Notes: generated by a model from the letters alone, not told the origin. DNA of 64,000 nucleotides from Camelus ferus (GCF_009834535.1 NC_045725.1:10912001-10976000); one strand, 5' to 3'. Positions 12,132-26,692 are shown, counted from the stretch's first letter. Translations and numbers: made by a program.

Positions 12132-12469
12132 CTTGCTGTTACCACTTAGAGTTGGGTCTCTAAATACAAAGGATGTTTATTTTCTCTCAGATCTTGCTTT
12201 GCCTGTCACTGAAAGACACTGATGCTTTTTTAAACTGCGTCCCTTAACTAGGCAGATGGGAAGTCTAATGTCTTAGCATAAATTAGCATTCTGTTGTAGT
12301 TTTCTTATTTTAAACCATCTATGACATATGATGACAATAATGGCAACATCAGTTACAGTATTTCATACAAGCACAACATTTAAACCAGTATTTTTAGTTT
12401 AAAACACTAAATATGTATTACAATAGGGATTTCATGTTAATTATCACCAGCTATTTTTGAGAACTATGA

Positions 12470-12900
12470 GGTTCATTTACTTACTGAAGAGTATTCGTGG
12501 AGTTTGTGTGAGGTGTCAGATACTCTTCTAGGGTCGGGATACACAGGGATGAATAAGACAGTGTTTCCCTTTTAACTTGGGGCTTACATTCTAGACCAGG
12601 AGACCACATACAGAAATGAAAATAAAGTCAGAGAGAGACAAATGGTTTCCAGATAGCTGTAACGGAGTGGTGCAGGGTGACTGGATAGCTCTAGTTGGGT
12701 GGACAGGAGGCTTCTCTGAGAGGTTATTCCTAAACTAGGTCCTGAAAGATGAGATAGAACCATCCTTAAGCAGTTGTGGGAAGAGCGCTCCAGGCAGTAG
12801 AGAAAAGCTTGTGCAGAGACCGCAAGGTAGGAACCAACCGGAAGTGAAGAAGGTGAAGGAGATCAGTGCACAGTGGACAAGACGGAATGTGGCACATGTG
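12470..12900 (-). mobile_element. LINE-2 3' end
   Basis: catttacttactga...gatgaataagacag...ggggcttacattctag...ggcttctctgagagg...ctccaggcagtagagaaaagcttgtgcagagacc. Confidence 0.7.
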
Positions 12901-13849
12901 AGATGTGAAAGGTGCACAAGGAATCAATTGTTTTTTAACCCTCAGGTTCAGAAAGTATCTGAGCATGAGAGCACCTCTGATAGAGTAATAATTAAACATC
13001 AAATCCTTTATGAGCTCAAAGATGACTCAGCAGTTTGGCATCAAGCATCTTCGCAGAGCTTCCATCTAACTCTCGGCATGTCAATGACAGAACATAATGT
13101 TTACTGCCTGCTTACAGCATCTTAAAATTAAATTCCCCCATTCACTTTGTAATTCTTCACCCTGCTTCATGTCAGAGAAGAAGTTGAAGCCCCTGACAGT
13201 GTGAAAACTTTGATCTCTGTAAGAACCTTATGATGATCATTTTTCCTATTTTAATTAAAGAATTAAAGAACTGGAAGGGTCATAATGAGATCCCTAACAT
13301 TAAATAATTGTAACCTTTTTGGTAATTCTCCAGCATCACAAGTATGTGCAGAATTTACATTTTCCATTACATAGTTGAGCCATTCTGACTGTTCGTGCTG
13401 AAATTATTATCTGTCAATTAGAGTTCACAAATTTCTCCTCTTATCTGTTTTAAAGGTCTGCCTAATTTCTTCACATGAAGTAGCTTTACTCAATAAACAT
13501 ATTAGCAGCCAATGACTGTATTTTGTTTGTTTCTTTAACACTTTGGTTTTGAAATAAATACTGGTCTTACTGCTTTTTTAGGGGAACTTGCTGTGGCTAA
13601 TATTAGACTGTAAATCATATAATCTCTGTATCAGAACTGAACAATTCAATACTATTTGTAATAAAAAGACATTGCAAATAGGAATAATGTTTGCACTTTA
13701 ATTTGAAGGAGAGTATTGGCCTAAAAAACAACCACCAACATCCAACTTATTAGGTGATATTAAATAAACTGACTTACTATTTCACTCATAAAATTTTAAG
13801 CCATCAAAGAGAACTTCCTCAGACTCTTCCAGTTATATCTTCCAGTCTT

Positions 13850-15100
13850 CCAGCACCCATTCAGTTATATGCTACCTTCCTACCTACTCTTAAAAATGCG
13901 TTCATTGTATGTGCTCCTATCCAAAGGCAACCAACATCTTTATTATACACCGGACCTCATTTCCTTCTTGTTTACATGAAGACATTAGTCTAAAAATAGC
14001 TTCTATATCCCTTGTTTTATCTACATTTCTCTTTTTACTGTGTCATTTTACATCATCAAGGAAGCAATCTGTGATTCTGTTCATCTTTAACATTAAATCT
14101 TCCATTGACTCCTTTTCATTTATCAGCTACTACTTCATGTCATTCTCTCCTCTTTGTAGCAAGAGATTCTATAACACCTGTCTCCAATTTCTGTCCTTCC
14201 ACTCTCTTTAAACACATTCAGTCACACTTCAATTATCAACACTTACAAAAAAAGCTCTTCTCAATGTCAGCAAGGCCCTCTGTGTCATGAAATGTAATTG
14301 TCATCGCTCACTTACCTTACAGACTCCATCAGCATCACTTCCCCCAGCCTTCCTTGGCACGTTGTCTTTACATGACCACGATTCCCAGATTGTTACCTCC
14401 AGCTGAGACTTCCTTCCTGAGGCTGAGGAAGTCCATGCTGTTTCTTCCTCCATGGTATTTCCTCCTGAATAGTCATAATAGATTTCTTAGCTGAATACAC
14501 CAAATCTGTGCCCCGAGTCTTCCCCCATCTCCAAACCTACTCCACTCACAGATTCTCTGTCTCAGCTGATGGCACATTCATCTCTTTTTCAAGCCCATAT
14601 TCAGTCTGTCAGGAAATCCTGTTGGCTTAATCTTCAATATACACTCCAATTTAAATCACTTCTAATCACTTTTAGATCTATTATTTTGTTCCAAGCCACT
14701 ATTGTATTTCACAATACAATTATTGCAATTCTCTCACATCTATTCTCCCTTTTATTTTGGCATTCTTTCTCTAATACTCTATCCTCAACACAGCCTCAGA
14801 ATTATCCTTCAGACACATAAGTCAGATCCTATCACACTTCTACACAGTATTCTGAAAACACTCTCCATGTCATTCAGGGTAAAAGCTAAATTCCTTACAA
14901 TTACTAAAAATCAGACATATCTGGCTGCCCTTTTATCTCTCTACACTCCTCGCTTATGACCAGCCCCTCACTGACTCCTGATTAGCCTGACACCATTCTG
15001 TTCTTCTTACTGGCCAGGTATGTTCTTGCTGTAGGTCCTTTACACAGACTATCTACCATCATGGTACACTTTCTCCCAGTCATCCTCATGGCTAACTCTC
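13850..15100 (+). mobile_element. LINE-2 long fragment
   Basis: Pyrimidine-rich L2 body: cagtctgtcaggaaatcctgttggcttaatcttcaa, ccaagccact, gtcagatcctatcac, cagggtaaaagctaaattccttaca. Confidence 0.7.
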
Positions 15101-18100
15101 TTTGTATTTGTAACTGTGAAGAACCAATATTTCAGACAGTACCACCCTTGGACCAGGACAAGCAGGGATACTGTTCTTTACTCCACTTCTGGAAGTGTCT
15201 TCTGCAAATTTTTCCAAGTTTTCTTCCAGTGTCTGGGACTCAGAATTGCCTTCTAGTGGGGCAGTCTATCCTAGATTAGACTGGGCAGGCCGCATCTCTG
15301 TTTTCCCCTTCTGGATGCTCTCTGATGCTCTATCTTGCCCCTGGGGCCCACCAGACACTCCCCAGTTACTGGATTCTGCACCTAGAAAGTTATCTCTGAC
15401 CATGTGTCCAGAACCTTGGTTCCAGGAGAGCAGTCTAGCAGTAAATGGTTTCCAAAAACTGGTACATTATTTCTTTGATAATACTGTACTAAGTTAAGTT
15501 GATTACTAGACTGGTGCTTACAGGCTGACTTTTGGTGACACAGGACACATTCAAGGATCTGGTCTCGAAGCAGTCCCCTGCTGACCCATGGATTGGGCCA
15601 GGTGTCTGGGCCCTTCTCAGCCCTCACCTGTCCATGGTCTGACTGCAGTGCTACTATTTATAGTAGTCCGGGTGAGCATCTTATATCCTGTGCATCTTTC
15701 CTGCTGACACCCAGGTCACCCCAGCCCTTCCACAGGCTCTACGTCATGTGCCAGTCAGTTCTGCAGAGGTGGCTGTGCCTTACTCTTGTAGGGGCTTTTA
15801 CAACTTTTGCTCCATGAGGAGAGCTTGTCCTTCTGATTAATGTCCTCTCTTGCCTCCATGCGGTGGCACGGTGCTCGCCTGCGTGGGGTCTAAACCATGT
15901 GTGAGGAGGGGTATAATTAGAGTGAGTGGGACCGCTTTTCTTCGCCTGCAGTCAGGCCTTTCATCTGCCCTGCTTGCTGGCGGTGGTGTGTGCGAGGCAG
16001 GGATGTCATCGGTGCTGAAATGTATCACCTTTTAGGGAGGCAGTCATTATGGCTTAAGGCGTTCAAGAGAAGACACGGTTGGAAGATGAGTAACTGTATA
16101 CTTCTTCTATGAAATTACAGTCAATATAACATGACTGGGAAATGCATTATCATTCATATTGTCTGGTCCTTGATTTGTATTTGTGCCCACTAACAAGGGA
16201 ATATTGTTGAGAGAGTAATTGGAAGGCAGTATTTATGGGCAAATCGATAAATGATGCAGCATTATTAGTTATGATGTAAAACACCATTAAGTATATGGTA
16301 TTAAAGAACTTCAGAGGCATTAGTCTAAGTTTCTAAAGAGAACAAGAAGAGATGGAGTCTGGAATTGAACAGGAAGAGAGATGCTTGGGCCCCAGGGAGT
16401 ATCTTTCTGTGCTCTGACTGGACAATAAACAAATACATAAGTAGCTCCTCTCTACCTGTGATTCTAAATCGCCATCAATAAATCACAATATCTCATACTG
16501 ATCCATGACTTTTGTAATATGCTTTTTAGTCACATTGCTTATTATTATTAATGTTGACCCCAAACTGCTATCTATGCCTCTTAAGTAGCTTTTAGTTCTT
16601 TCTTCTCCTCTCCATTTCTATTGTCCTCAGTTTCAATTTTTTAACTGTTTATCTTAACTACTTCAGCAATTGTTTTTTCTCTTCCTTATCCCACATCTAG
16701 ATTTTGAAGTAGCAAATGGGAGTGGACATTTCCAAAATATGCTTGTGATGATGATGGGAACCAGTTTGGATCCCACTGTCTACCTGTCCTGAAGGTGGTG
16801 ATCAATTTTTGCTGATTTCTTTGGCCTATTTAGTGTTCATTATGTCTCTTTTCTATCCTCTATTTTATATCTCAATTGCTTTTATTTTTTATGTGCAAAA
16901 TGTATTTAGCTGTTATTCTTTAATAAGCATGGACTGCTGCTCTCATCCTCAAACAGAACATGTCTTTGTGGACTGATGCTGTGCCTCATCCCAGAATTCA
17001 TCTTTTTCACTTAATAAGTACACAGGAATTTCACCCCAGTTCTGCTAAGGCACTATATTCAGTCCCAGTTTACACAGTTTTCTGTTTCTGAATATGAAGG
17101 TAAGTGAAGGCATCTTCAAATAGAAGACCAGGAGAAGTGAAAAAAGAAAAAAGAAAAAAATCTCTGATTGATTGGGAGCATAAAAAGTTTACAAACACTT
17201 GAACAAGTCAAACCACAGACTGCATCTTGGAAAAATGTAATGATGGGAAATTTCCAAGCCCTGAGGGGAACTGAGAGGCAATTCTGCAGGCTTATGACCT
17301 CTTGGGGAATTTCTTTAAATTCCAATTAGAAGTCAAGGAGGAAACTTTTGCTTCTTTATTCATTTTTTCCTGGAGACCATGTTGAAGACAGTGCTGAGAA
17401 GCAGCAGGGAAAATTCTCCACCTCATCTGCCAGCGTTGCCCTTCCTCCCGCTCTTAGTCGCAGAAGTAAAACCTGGACCTCTACTGCATGGTTTGGCCAG
17501 CTAGCGGTTGGGCTTTCCTGTAGAGAGTAAGAGACTGTCATTACCAGAATTCTCAAGGAGCAGGGACATGGTGAGATTTATAATTCACATTTTTGCATAT
17601 TCAGAAAGGATTTTAAATTGGGACGTAGTACTTGACAGTACGGGTATCGTGATGCAGGCTTCCAGGTTTAAGGCAAGCTAGGGTCTGTCATGTAACTGTG
17701 CGCATGTGGGCCAGCTATACAGATTTGTTTGCGCTCAGAAGGGTCATTTTTTAATGGAGATTATATGTTAACAAGGCCAAAGGATTTGGAAACAATACAT
17801 ATGGAGTTAATTGGACAACACTTGATGCAATTTAAGTGCTCAATAATTAGCAGCTATTTGAATGCAAACATTTTTTGGAGGGCTAGGAGTACCTTTTCAA
17901 GTCTAAAAATTAGACCTATCTTCAGTTTTTCATCTTCAAATTAAACCCAGATAACTATGAAATGCAGCAAATGAACCGTTGTGTCATAGGTAGTCAACAG
18001 CGCATTTTTGTTACTTTATATATTCTCATTTATCCTTCATCCTCTAACACGGTCCTTTGTCTTGGTGTTTTAGATTAAAAAGTGGAATTTTTGAGGCTAT

Positions 18101-20269
18101 ATAAATAATATCATCGTAGAAGCAATGTAACTCAAGTGCTGTTTACCATTTAGACTTATTGATGTGCAATATAGCACTTAATATTCCCACAAAAAACTGC
18201 TAAAAGTGGCCCAGGGAAGGACATGAAAGGTAAGAGAGAGTGTCTTACTCAAGTCCCAGAGTGTAGTCTTCTGATTTTAAATTTGCCCGTTTAATTTTCC
18301 CTACGTGCACTTGATGTCACAAATAGCGTTTGACTTCTGCTTCAGAACCGTTCAGGCTATTTAAACGGGTGAAGTTTTGAACTGCTTTAGTGCTAGTTGT
18401 CATGGTTTTGTCTCTCCTGAAATGAGCTAAGTCACTAAGACAACAGATGGAAAGAAGGCTCAGGCATCCATCAGGAAGGACGCAGGTGGAAATCTAGACA
18501 GATAGTTTTTTTCCAAATTCCAGAAATAGTAAGAGTATAAAAGTTGAGACATTTAGATAAATCAGCAGAGCAATACTGAGGGGAGAGAAAGGGTCTGAAA
18601 TCTAAAGAGAACATATTTCTCAGACTCTGAAGGAAAGGAATATGCTTAGCTAGACAGAATAAGAATAAATCTTTTATGAAGTAAATAATAATCCTGGATC
18701 AGAAATACAGAGGCTTTAAGGAATTTATCAGGGAGAGTAATCAGAATGGAGTTTTAAATCTATTCATTTAAAGTTAAAATATAATGAAAAAACACTGCTT
18801 ATGATGACAACTGTACTACTAATTTCTCATACAATTTTGAATATTATACTTACCATGTAATACTGTACAATTACTATGTAACATACAACATAGTACTATG
18901 TAATAGTACAATTACTATGTATATCACATAATATATCAACTTCAAAGTTGAAAGAGGAATTTCTCTATCATTTTCAGAATGATCGATGCTGCAATAGGGT
19001 TGTTGCTGAAACAAATGGGAAGGAAACAGTGAGCAGTGGTAAGAGTCAGGAGGCAAAATTTCCAGGGTCACAGATCCAAGACATGGCCCAGAGCCCACAG
19101 TTTCTGGTTTGAGGGGACCTGAGGGATCTCCTGTGCAGCTCCAGCATTTAAAGAATATCACTATCAAGAAAGGAAAGACCATGGGGTCTTCAATGAGAGG
19201 TATAAACAGAACAAGCTGTTCCACGTAGGAGTATATGAAGTGAAAACTGGTATCAGAGTGAGTACAGAGGATGGGAGGGCTGGGCCCACGGCACGGCTAA
19301 CTGTGGATGGTTTACAGAAGGTAAGCCCTTTTAGTATTAGACTCCGTGTTACGTTAGCATGTTGGTTCCACCTATGCAAATTAATTGCCCTGGGTGGATA
19401 ATAAAATTACCCTCAAACCTCACCTTTTTCTGAACAAATATTTAGATCATGAAAATTACGGTGCTGTGGGTTTTAAACTTGATTTTTCATGTTAAATTTT
19501 TTATAATTATACCAAAATATCTTTTGAAAATTTAAAAATCCCTACCATTTTTACATGTTTCCTTCTTGATTTTAAAATTATATTAAAATGTCTGAGCAGG
19601 GTTATCACAATGTTTTTGTTGTTTTTCTCATTTAGCACATAAAAATGTCTCACCATCTTTGTCCTTTTATTACTAGTGTCTTACTCATAGCATATTTTGC
19701 TACTAGTTTGTAGTAGACTGATTTACATAAACATTTTATCATTCAACATTTTAGATATTTCTGAATTTTTACTATTATAAATGACATCATCCTTCACTAA
19801 AAAACTTACACCACCTCATTTCACTTTTAGAACAATTTTTAGGGTTAAGGCTACTAGTATAAGGAATATAAACATGTTTATGATTCTGAAAATAACTGCT
19901 AAAACATTTCCTAATAAGATTAAATAAATGAAGCAGTTTCATTACAATTTAGGTTTGATATAATTAAAAATATGATTTAGAAACATACTTTTTTCGTATG
20001 ACAGATTCAATTCTCCAGCTCACTTTGTGTGTATAAACATCACTGTAAAATCATGCCTATATCAACATTTCACATCTTCCACTCAAATTGTACATTGCAA
20101 AGCACGTTCGTAAGAAGCGTCTTGTTTGACTCTCAGGGGCCAGCAGCCTGAACGAGCGTTACTTGCCTATTCTTATTTTATGAGCGAGGACTCAGAGGCT
20201 TTGTGGCTTCTTCAGTGACACATAATCACTACATTTTTGGTATCAGGAACTGAACAATTATGATATTAT

Positions 20270-20525
20270 TTTAAATTAGCTTTTTATTTGGGAGTAATTT
20301 TAGATTAATAGAAAAGTTGTAAGATATTATAGAGGGTTCTGGTTTCGCCTCCTCAGTTATTTTCCCCTCATAATCATCACCCAGCATTACCAGGAGTATA
20401 TTTATGAAAACTAAGACATGAACATTGATATATTACTCTTAATGAAACACCAGATTTTATTCATATTTTAATAATCTTTCCACTACTGTCCCTTTTCTGT
20501 TCTGGGATTCAATCCAGGACAACAA
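20270..20525 (-). mobile_element. L1MB/L1MC-type 3' end fragment
   Basis: taattttagattaatagaaaagttgtaaga...aaaactaagacatgaacattg...tttccactactgtcccttttctgttctgggattcaatccagga. Confidence 0.7.
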
Positions 20526-21149
20526 AATGCTTTTAGGATAATTACCTTTTAAATTATTCCAAATCAAAACCCTTGTGATCATAAACTCTGAGGACACCAT
20601 ACTCTCCATTGTCAAAGCTTTAACAATAATGTTAGAAATTTCTCTTATCTGAAAAAAAAGAGAGGCTTGATTTGTTTATATTTAATGAGCATTTTGATTC
20701 TAAAATAGTGTTTCTCTGAGAAACTCCCCAAGTAAGGAAGTAGAGAGCCTAAGAATCGTTTAACTGTTAGACTAATAGAATCTTGGTTTTCATTTCCACC
20801 CTTCATTCTATTTGATTTTATTTGTAAAGTGAAGCTGCCTGAAAAAGAGGTGGACACATGAGGGTCTGAAGGCCACAATCATTTATTTCAGAGATTATTA
20901 AAGATATTCAAAAATGTTGCCGATTTAAACAATACCATTTATGCATTCTGACCAATAAAATATTTTATATTTGTGAATAAGTCAAAAATGAGTAAAGATA
21001 TTTTTCAGCCCTGGCATGGTAAAGCAGAAATTAGGAATAAAAGCATTCTCATTTCCGCTCAGTGTCAATTGCTTTGGGGGCTTGTTCTTACTGTTTATAA
21101 TTTTCTCCAGTGCATCTAAATGCATAAATGGTTTTATGAGCACAGCCTT

Positions 21150-21320
21150 ATCTGATTTTTGCAAGGACCCTCTCAGGAGGCACTATTATTATACCCAGTT
21201 CCAGAATAGAATCTGAGTCCTTGAGAATTTTAAGTAACTTTTCTCATCACATAATATACCTTAGTAGAAGAGCCTGGATTTGTACCGAGGTCTCTGTGCA
21301 CCTGGAGCTGGTGCTCTTCA
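21150..21320 (-). mobile_element. MIR SINE fragment
   Basis: attattatacccagttccagaatagaatctgagtcc...tagaagagcctggatttgtaccgaggtctctg. Confidence 0.55.
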
Positions 21321-23194
21321 TCATTTCATTCCATCGTCTCTCTTGTTTTGATCTGAGGATAAGCTGGTAACTATTGTAACATAGGGTTTGTTTTATAATA
21401 TCATTTTCTTGATGGCAGTCTGTAGCTGGATATGGAGTTTGAATGCAAGCACTGTTTAGGAATGTCTGGTGCCCTGGAAACACAATGAAGATGGTTATTT
21501 CAAAGTAAACAAATGAACAGATATTGCTATACACACTTCTATATTTGTTAGTTTTATTAAAATTTTCAATTTTTTTAGCTGTCATTCATAAAAAACAACT
21601 TATTTTTTAATTTTTACAGAAAGCCTAATTATTCTTTTACTAGCCTATTTGTACACACACACATGTCGTTTGGTGAATGTCTCTTATGTGTACAAGTAAG
21701 GACACAATCATTCTTCAAAGATGTGTCTTGCTATGAAAAATGAAGTCAAAATTTGGAGTAATAACCTGGATAACTCATGGGAAAAGTCTCTGTAGGTAAG
21801 GTGTCAGGATTTTTAAGTGAGAGAAAAGTAACTTAAACTGATATGGACATTTTATCAAAAGCAACAGTTTCACATTTTTCAATTTGACCCTCATTATAAT
21901 CCTGTGAGATGAACAGAAAGGTTATATACGAACCTCCCTACAATAGTCATAGAAATTTGAGAAACACATTTATCTTGACAAGCTTTACTTGATCAGACTG
22001 GGACATATAGTATAAATAATTAGCAAATAATTGAAGCCTCAAGGCTCCGACTATATTTACCATATAATTTATATTCCTTACCTATGTGGTTGTTGCCAGT
22101 TTGTGTCTGTAAGTAATTGGACCATTACCTTCTGATTCTACATCATTTACTCAGTGTCCTTCATCAAGAGGCATCATTCAAACGTGAACAAAGGAATCAG
22201 AAGGTTTTCACCTCTAAAGTGGACGGTAACCGTACAAAGTCCACCTCTGTTCTAAAGTTCTTGCTAGAAAAAAATGTTTGCTTCTTTCCCTGTAGATCCA
22301 GTGGAAAGGACTTGGACGTTGGAGCCAGGGGTCCGGGTTAAAATTTGAGACCCAGCGCCTGTTATTTCTTTGATTTTTATCTCTTTAAAAAGGCATGAAT
22401 TTTCTACCAGTAAAATAAGGTACTAAGACCTAACATGGACTGTTTCTTACCCACCAGACCCTGAACAAATGCTTCCTTGCATTATTTAACTTAGTTATAA
22501 TAACAATACTCATAAGTAGGTATTATTATTTTTTTATCAACTTCTGTTTTTGTTTTCAATGAGTGGGAAAAAAACCAACTCAAAGCACGCATCCTTGTGA
22601 TGTGTTAGTCTATGGCAGAGTGACTTCCCATTGATCTTTCTCTTTTATAAAGAATTGATTAATTAATCTTAAAGGCTCAATTCACTTCAGACTTTTAAAA
22701 GTCATTGGGGGAATAGCCATGATTTCTAAGCACCTCCTAAACTGGGTGCTATTTCTTCTTCTATTTGCAGGTAAGGACGTTTCCTGGTCAGGGAGGGCGT
22801 GCAGGTCATCCCCGCTCCCATTCCAAGCACATGGCAGCTGTGATTAATAAGTTGCCTTCCTCCTTTCCAGAAAACTTGGGTGTGATTTCAGAATCCTTCT
22901 CCCAGTTCACTCCAGGAAACCACTACTACGTGATCAGAGTTAACAGTTGAGATAAAAAAAATACATTTCTCACCCCTACCGCACTGGGTTGCCATCCTTC
23001 CCCTATTCTGAAGCTCTGACAATCTTAAAGTATTTAATGATTCATCCCTATCCTTCCTGACATCCCACTGCTGCCTTAAAACTTTCTTTTGTTGTTGTTG
23101 TTGTCAGTGACAAGAGAAGCACAAGTACATTAGATAATCTTTCACATGGATGAACAAACTCATTGACTGTGATAATTCCAGAAACCGGTATAAG

Positions 23195-23222
23195 ACAGAT
23201 TTTTTCTTTCTCATAATTGTAG
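23195..23222 (+). promoter_or_regulatory. 3' splice acceptor of the OR4C15-like coding exon
   Basis: tttttctttctcataattgtAG|gttctacATG lies 7 nt before the upstream ATG and ~46 nt before the main ATG, as expected for OR genes with a spliced 5'UTR. Confidence 0.6.
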
Positions 23223-23268
23223 GTTCTACATGCTCACTGTAGTAGCTTTCACCCTTTTCTTGGAAATC

Positions 23269-24201
23269 ATGCAAAACCAAAGCTTTGTAACTGAGTTTGT
23301 CCTCCTGGGGCTTTCACAGAATCCGAATATTCAGAAAATAATATTTGTTGTGTTTTTGTTTGGCTACATCACAACTATCGGGGGCAACTTGCTAATGGTG
23401 GTGACCATCAGTAGCAGCCCAGCACTCCTGGGCTCCCCCATGTACTTCTTCTTGGCTTTTCTGTCCGTCTTGGATGCATGCTTCTCCTCCGCCATTGCCC
23501 CAAAGATGATCGTGGACTCTCTCTCTGAGAGGAAAACCATCTCCTTTGAAGGCTGCATGACCCAGCTCTTTGCTGAGCACTTCTTTGCTGGAGCAGAGGT
23601 GATTGTCCTCACGGCCATGGCCTATGACCGCTATGTGGCCATCTGCAAACCGCTGCACTACTCTTCTATCATGAGCCAGAGGCTCTGTGGCATTCTGATG
23701 GGGGTAGCCTGGACAGGGGGCTTCCTGCATTCCACGATACAAATTCTCTTCACTTTCCAGCTGCCCTTCTGTGGCCCCAATGTCATCGATCACTTCATGT
23801 GTGACTTATACCCATTACTGGAGCTAGCCTGCACTGACACTCACATCTTTGGCCTTTTGGTGGTTGCCAACAGTGGGTTCATCTGCATCCTTATCTTCTC
23901 CTTGTTGCTCGTCTCCTATGGGGTCATCTTGCTCTCTCTGAGAACCCGTAGTACTGAAGGGCAGCAGAGAGCTCTCTCTACCTGCGGATCTCACATTGCT
24001 GTTGTGGTTTTGTTCTTTGTCCCATGCATATTTGTGTATGTACGACCTCCATCTGCTTTCTCCTTTGACAAAATAGTAGCCATATTTTACACCATCCTAA
24101 CTCCCTTGCTCAATCCTTTGATTTACACATTCAGGAATAAGGAAGTGAAAAATGCCATGAGGAAAGTGTGGAACAGAATAATAGTGGCTAATGAAAAATG
24201 A
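23269..24201 (+). CDS. OR4C15: Olfactory receptor OR4C15-like, intact (310 aa; in-frame upstream ATG at 23230 gives 323 aa)
   Basis: [19 protein letters not shown] start, [36 protein letters not shown] and [16 protein letters not shown] motifs are all intact. Closest recalled human paralog is OR4C15. Confidence 0.95.
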   Translation: MQNQSFVTEFVLLGLSQNPNIQKIIFVVFLFGYITTIGGNLLMVVTISSSPALLGSPMYFFLAFLSVLDACFSSAIAPKMIVDSLSERKTISFEGCMTQLFAEHFFAGAEVIVLTAMAYDRYVAICKPLHYSSIMSQRLCGILMGVAWTGGFLHSTIQILFTFQLPFCGPNVIDHFMCDLYPLLELACTDTHIFGLLVVANSGFICILIFSLLLVSYGVILLSLRTRSTEGQQRALSTCGSHIAVVVLFFVPCIFVYVRPPSAFSFDKIVAIFYTILTPLLNPLIYTFRNKEVKNAMRKVWNRIIVANEK

Positions 24202-26637
24202 AATGTTGATCTTTGAAAAAATTTAAAGTTAAGATTGAAAATACAAGTTTTCTTATTAGATAAATACTCTATGTGGGTGAGTCTTGTTTGGCAGGTGGTA
24301 AAGCAATGTAATGTAAAAAGCACTAACATAAGGGTCAGGAAATAATGTTTTCCCCCTTAGATTACTTATGAACTCTGATCTGGCAGCTCAGCATCCTCAA
24401 ATGTAAATTGAAAAGAGTTGAATTCTATGCTTACTTGGAATTGAAATGTCAAAAAAGAATGAAATGAGAAATTGTCTCCCACACTTCTTGCCACTCAGTA
24501 GATGCTTTGGAAAACCTTTGTGCAGGGAACACAAAACTATCTTAGAGATTAGAAATGGGAACTTACTCAAACTATTTCACATGGAAAAACCTGTATATTT
24601 AGGATGCGGATTTCAGTGACTGATGAAAAAAAATCACGACTCAGGAATGGAAGGGATTAGAGCATTCACAGAACCTCAGCTGTAGGCGTTCTTGTATCAC
24701 GTCCTCTATTTCAAGTGTTTAAAGATAGTAACTTGCCCCTTGGATTTCATAAGCCCCCTCCCCAACTACTCCTATTTTTTGAGAGACCTCATCACTTTCT
24801 AATATACCATGTACTTTGTTTACTTATTATTATTACTTTTGTCTGCCTTCTGTCACGTAATGTAAGCTATGAAGCAAGGAATTATTTTTTTCATTTGTTG
24901 ATTGATGTAAAATTAGTAATTAGTGTCTAGAACAGCCTGATATAGGAGCTCAGTAATTATCTGTTTAATAAATGAGTAAGTGAGATATCTTCCCATATTC
25001 AAATGTAAGCCTATCTTTAACATTAACACACTAATATTTCAATTTGGCAAAGTGATATAGTTATTGCTTCTATTAGCATTTTGACATTGATGAAACTACA
25101 ATTCATGCTATGATATAACACAGACCAGAGTATTTAAAATAACTCTGTATTCTAGTTAATTTCCCCAGATCTAAATCTGAATATAAGGTCTAAAAGTTCT
25201 AATAGAAAATAAAGGCACTTTTTGTCTATCTACTATCTACTATTTTTCTCATTTTTATTCTCAATTTTGTCTCCTACAAAATTAAATTTTGTTTTTAGTG
25301 ATTTGACTTTAATTCTGAAAATATTTCTTATTTCAATGACATTGTCTACTACCTCAAATTTGGATGTTAGAGGGGGTTTAATCTGGCCAGAGGGTCTGTA
25401 TTATTCATTGGAAATCTCACCTTAGTAAGCTACAACTTTCATTGAACAGAGTTTAAATTAGGGCCCTAATTTATCCCGAGACTACATGTGAGGCAAGGGT
25501 GGACAAACTGAAGATAGTAGAAACCTCAGTGGTGATTTATCCCTATTTTCACAGTTTCTGTGATGGAATAACCATTATCAACTGCATTCAGTAAAGTTCT
25601 GGTCTTGATATAACAGAACCAGGATGCCAGTTGGAATCTAATCATTCAGTCTGCAGTGAATTTTAATGCCCTCAGAGTCAATTCACTCAGATTGAAGGAA
25701 CTTCCAGAGACCACTGACTCGCCTTCTTGCCTTTGTCCAGCTCAGTGCTCTCCTCTGAAACTGCCCTTTGAAACATTTTCTGCCCCCAGAACCGAACAGC
25801 TTAGCCATCCCCTCAAAGGCGGGTGTTCATTCAGGGCTCTGGGCCTGGGGAGTGTAATGCAGGAGCCCTTCCCAGGGCAGTTTTTATGTATCCAGCTGGG
25901 AAATTTTATAAAATCACTGTGTATGTCATATTAAAATTAACAACACTTAGATTCATAAGACTTGTTAGAATAATTGGATTCCAGGCTCAGTTCTGTTGCT
26001 AATTAACTGTGTGGCATGGGTGATTTATTTCACTTTCTCTATTTGCAATCTTTAAGGAGAACTGATAAAAATACATAAATATGTTTTCTGTACTATCTCT
26101 GAGCCAGGCATTCTTTCTTTTCATATGTTATACATTTTAGTATTTATAAAAAGTTTTTAAAAGTAAGTCTTCATATTCACATTTAATTGATGGGGAAGCT
26201 GAGGCTCAAATACGTTAAGTGACACACCAAAAACCCTTCCTCAGATTCTTCCAGTCCATTTGCAACAAAAAAGGCCAGGCATTGGAATGTTACTTTGTCT
26301 ACAATGTTTCTCTGAGACACCTGGGCTTGCTAGTTGCCATTAGCCCTGCAGCAAATGTGCAGAGCATGGTGCAATCCATCCACAGCATCCTCCAGCCTTA
26401 GTTTCTGTCCCCAGCTCTCCCCTTCCACCTAAACATACCCTGGACCTCTCACTTCACCATCATTGAAGGCCATGTCACACCTTGCAGGCGGTCCTTAGAC
26501 CAGAGTGCTGGGTTGTAACATGGTCTCCTGGGTAAGAAAGCACTTTTGTAATGTAATCTGTCTCAGCTTGAATAGCTTGTAACCATCCAAAAGCAAAGAT
26601 CTAATTCTCTTTCCTGCAAGTGGAAGGACATATCTTT

Positions 26638-26677
26638 AAAAAAAAAAAAAAAGAAAGAAAGAAAGAAAAAGAAAAAA
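26638..26677. repeat. A-rich (A)n(GAAA)n tract
   Basis: Directly visible just upstream of the SINE. Confidence 0.85.
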
Positions 26678-26692
26678 CAGGGGTCGGTCAGT

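Noticed and set aside
15100-16040. Moderately GC-rich block, possibly an L1 5' region or LTR
   Set aside because: I could not assign family or orientation by eye. It needs RepeatMasker, so it is not listed as a feature.
18850-18930. Repeated gtacaattactatgta units as a CRISPR-like or structured array
   Set aside because: Only two or three degenerate AT-rich copies without unique spacers, in a mammalian context. It is a low-complexity tandem duplication.
23364-23793. Antisense ORFs over OR genes (also 30357-30722, 38943-39272, 48661-49091)
   Set aside because: They are shadow ORFs on the opposite strand of OR coding sequence.
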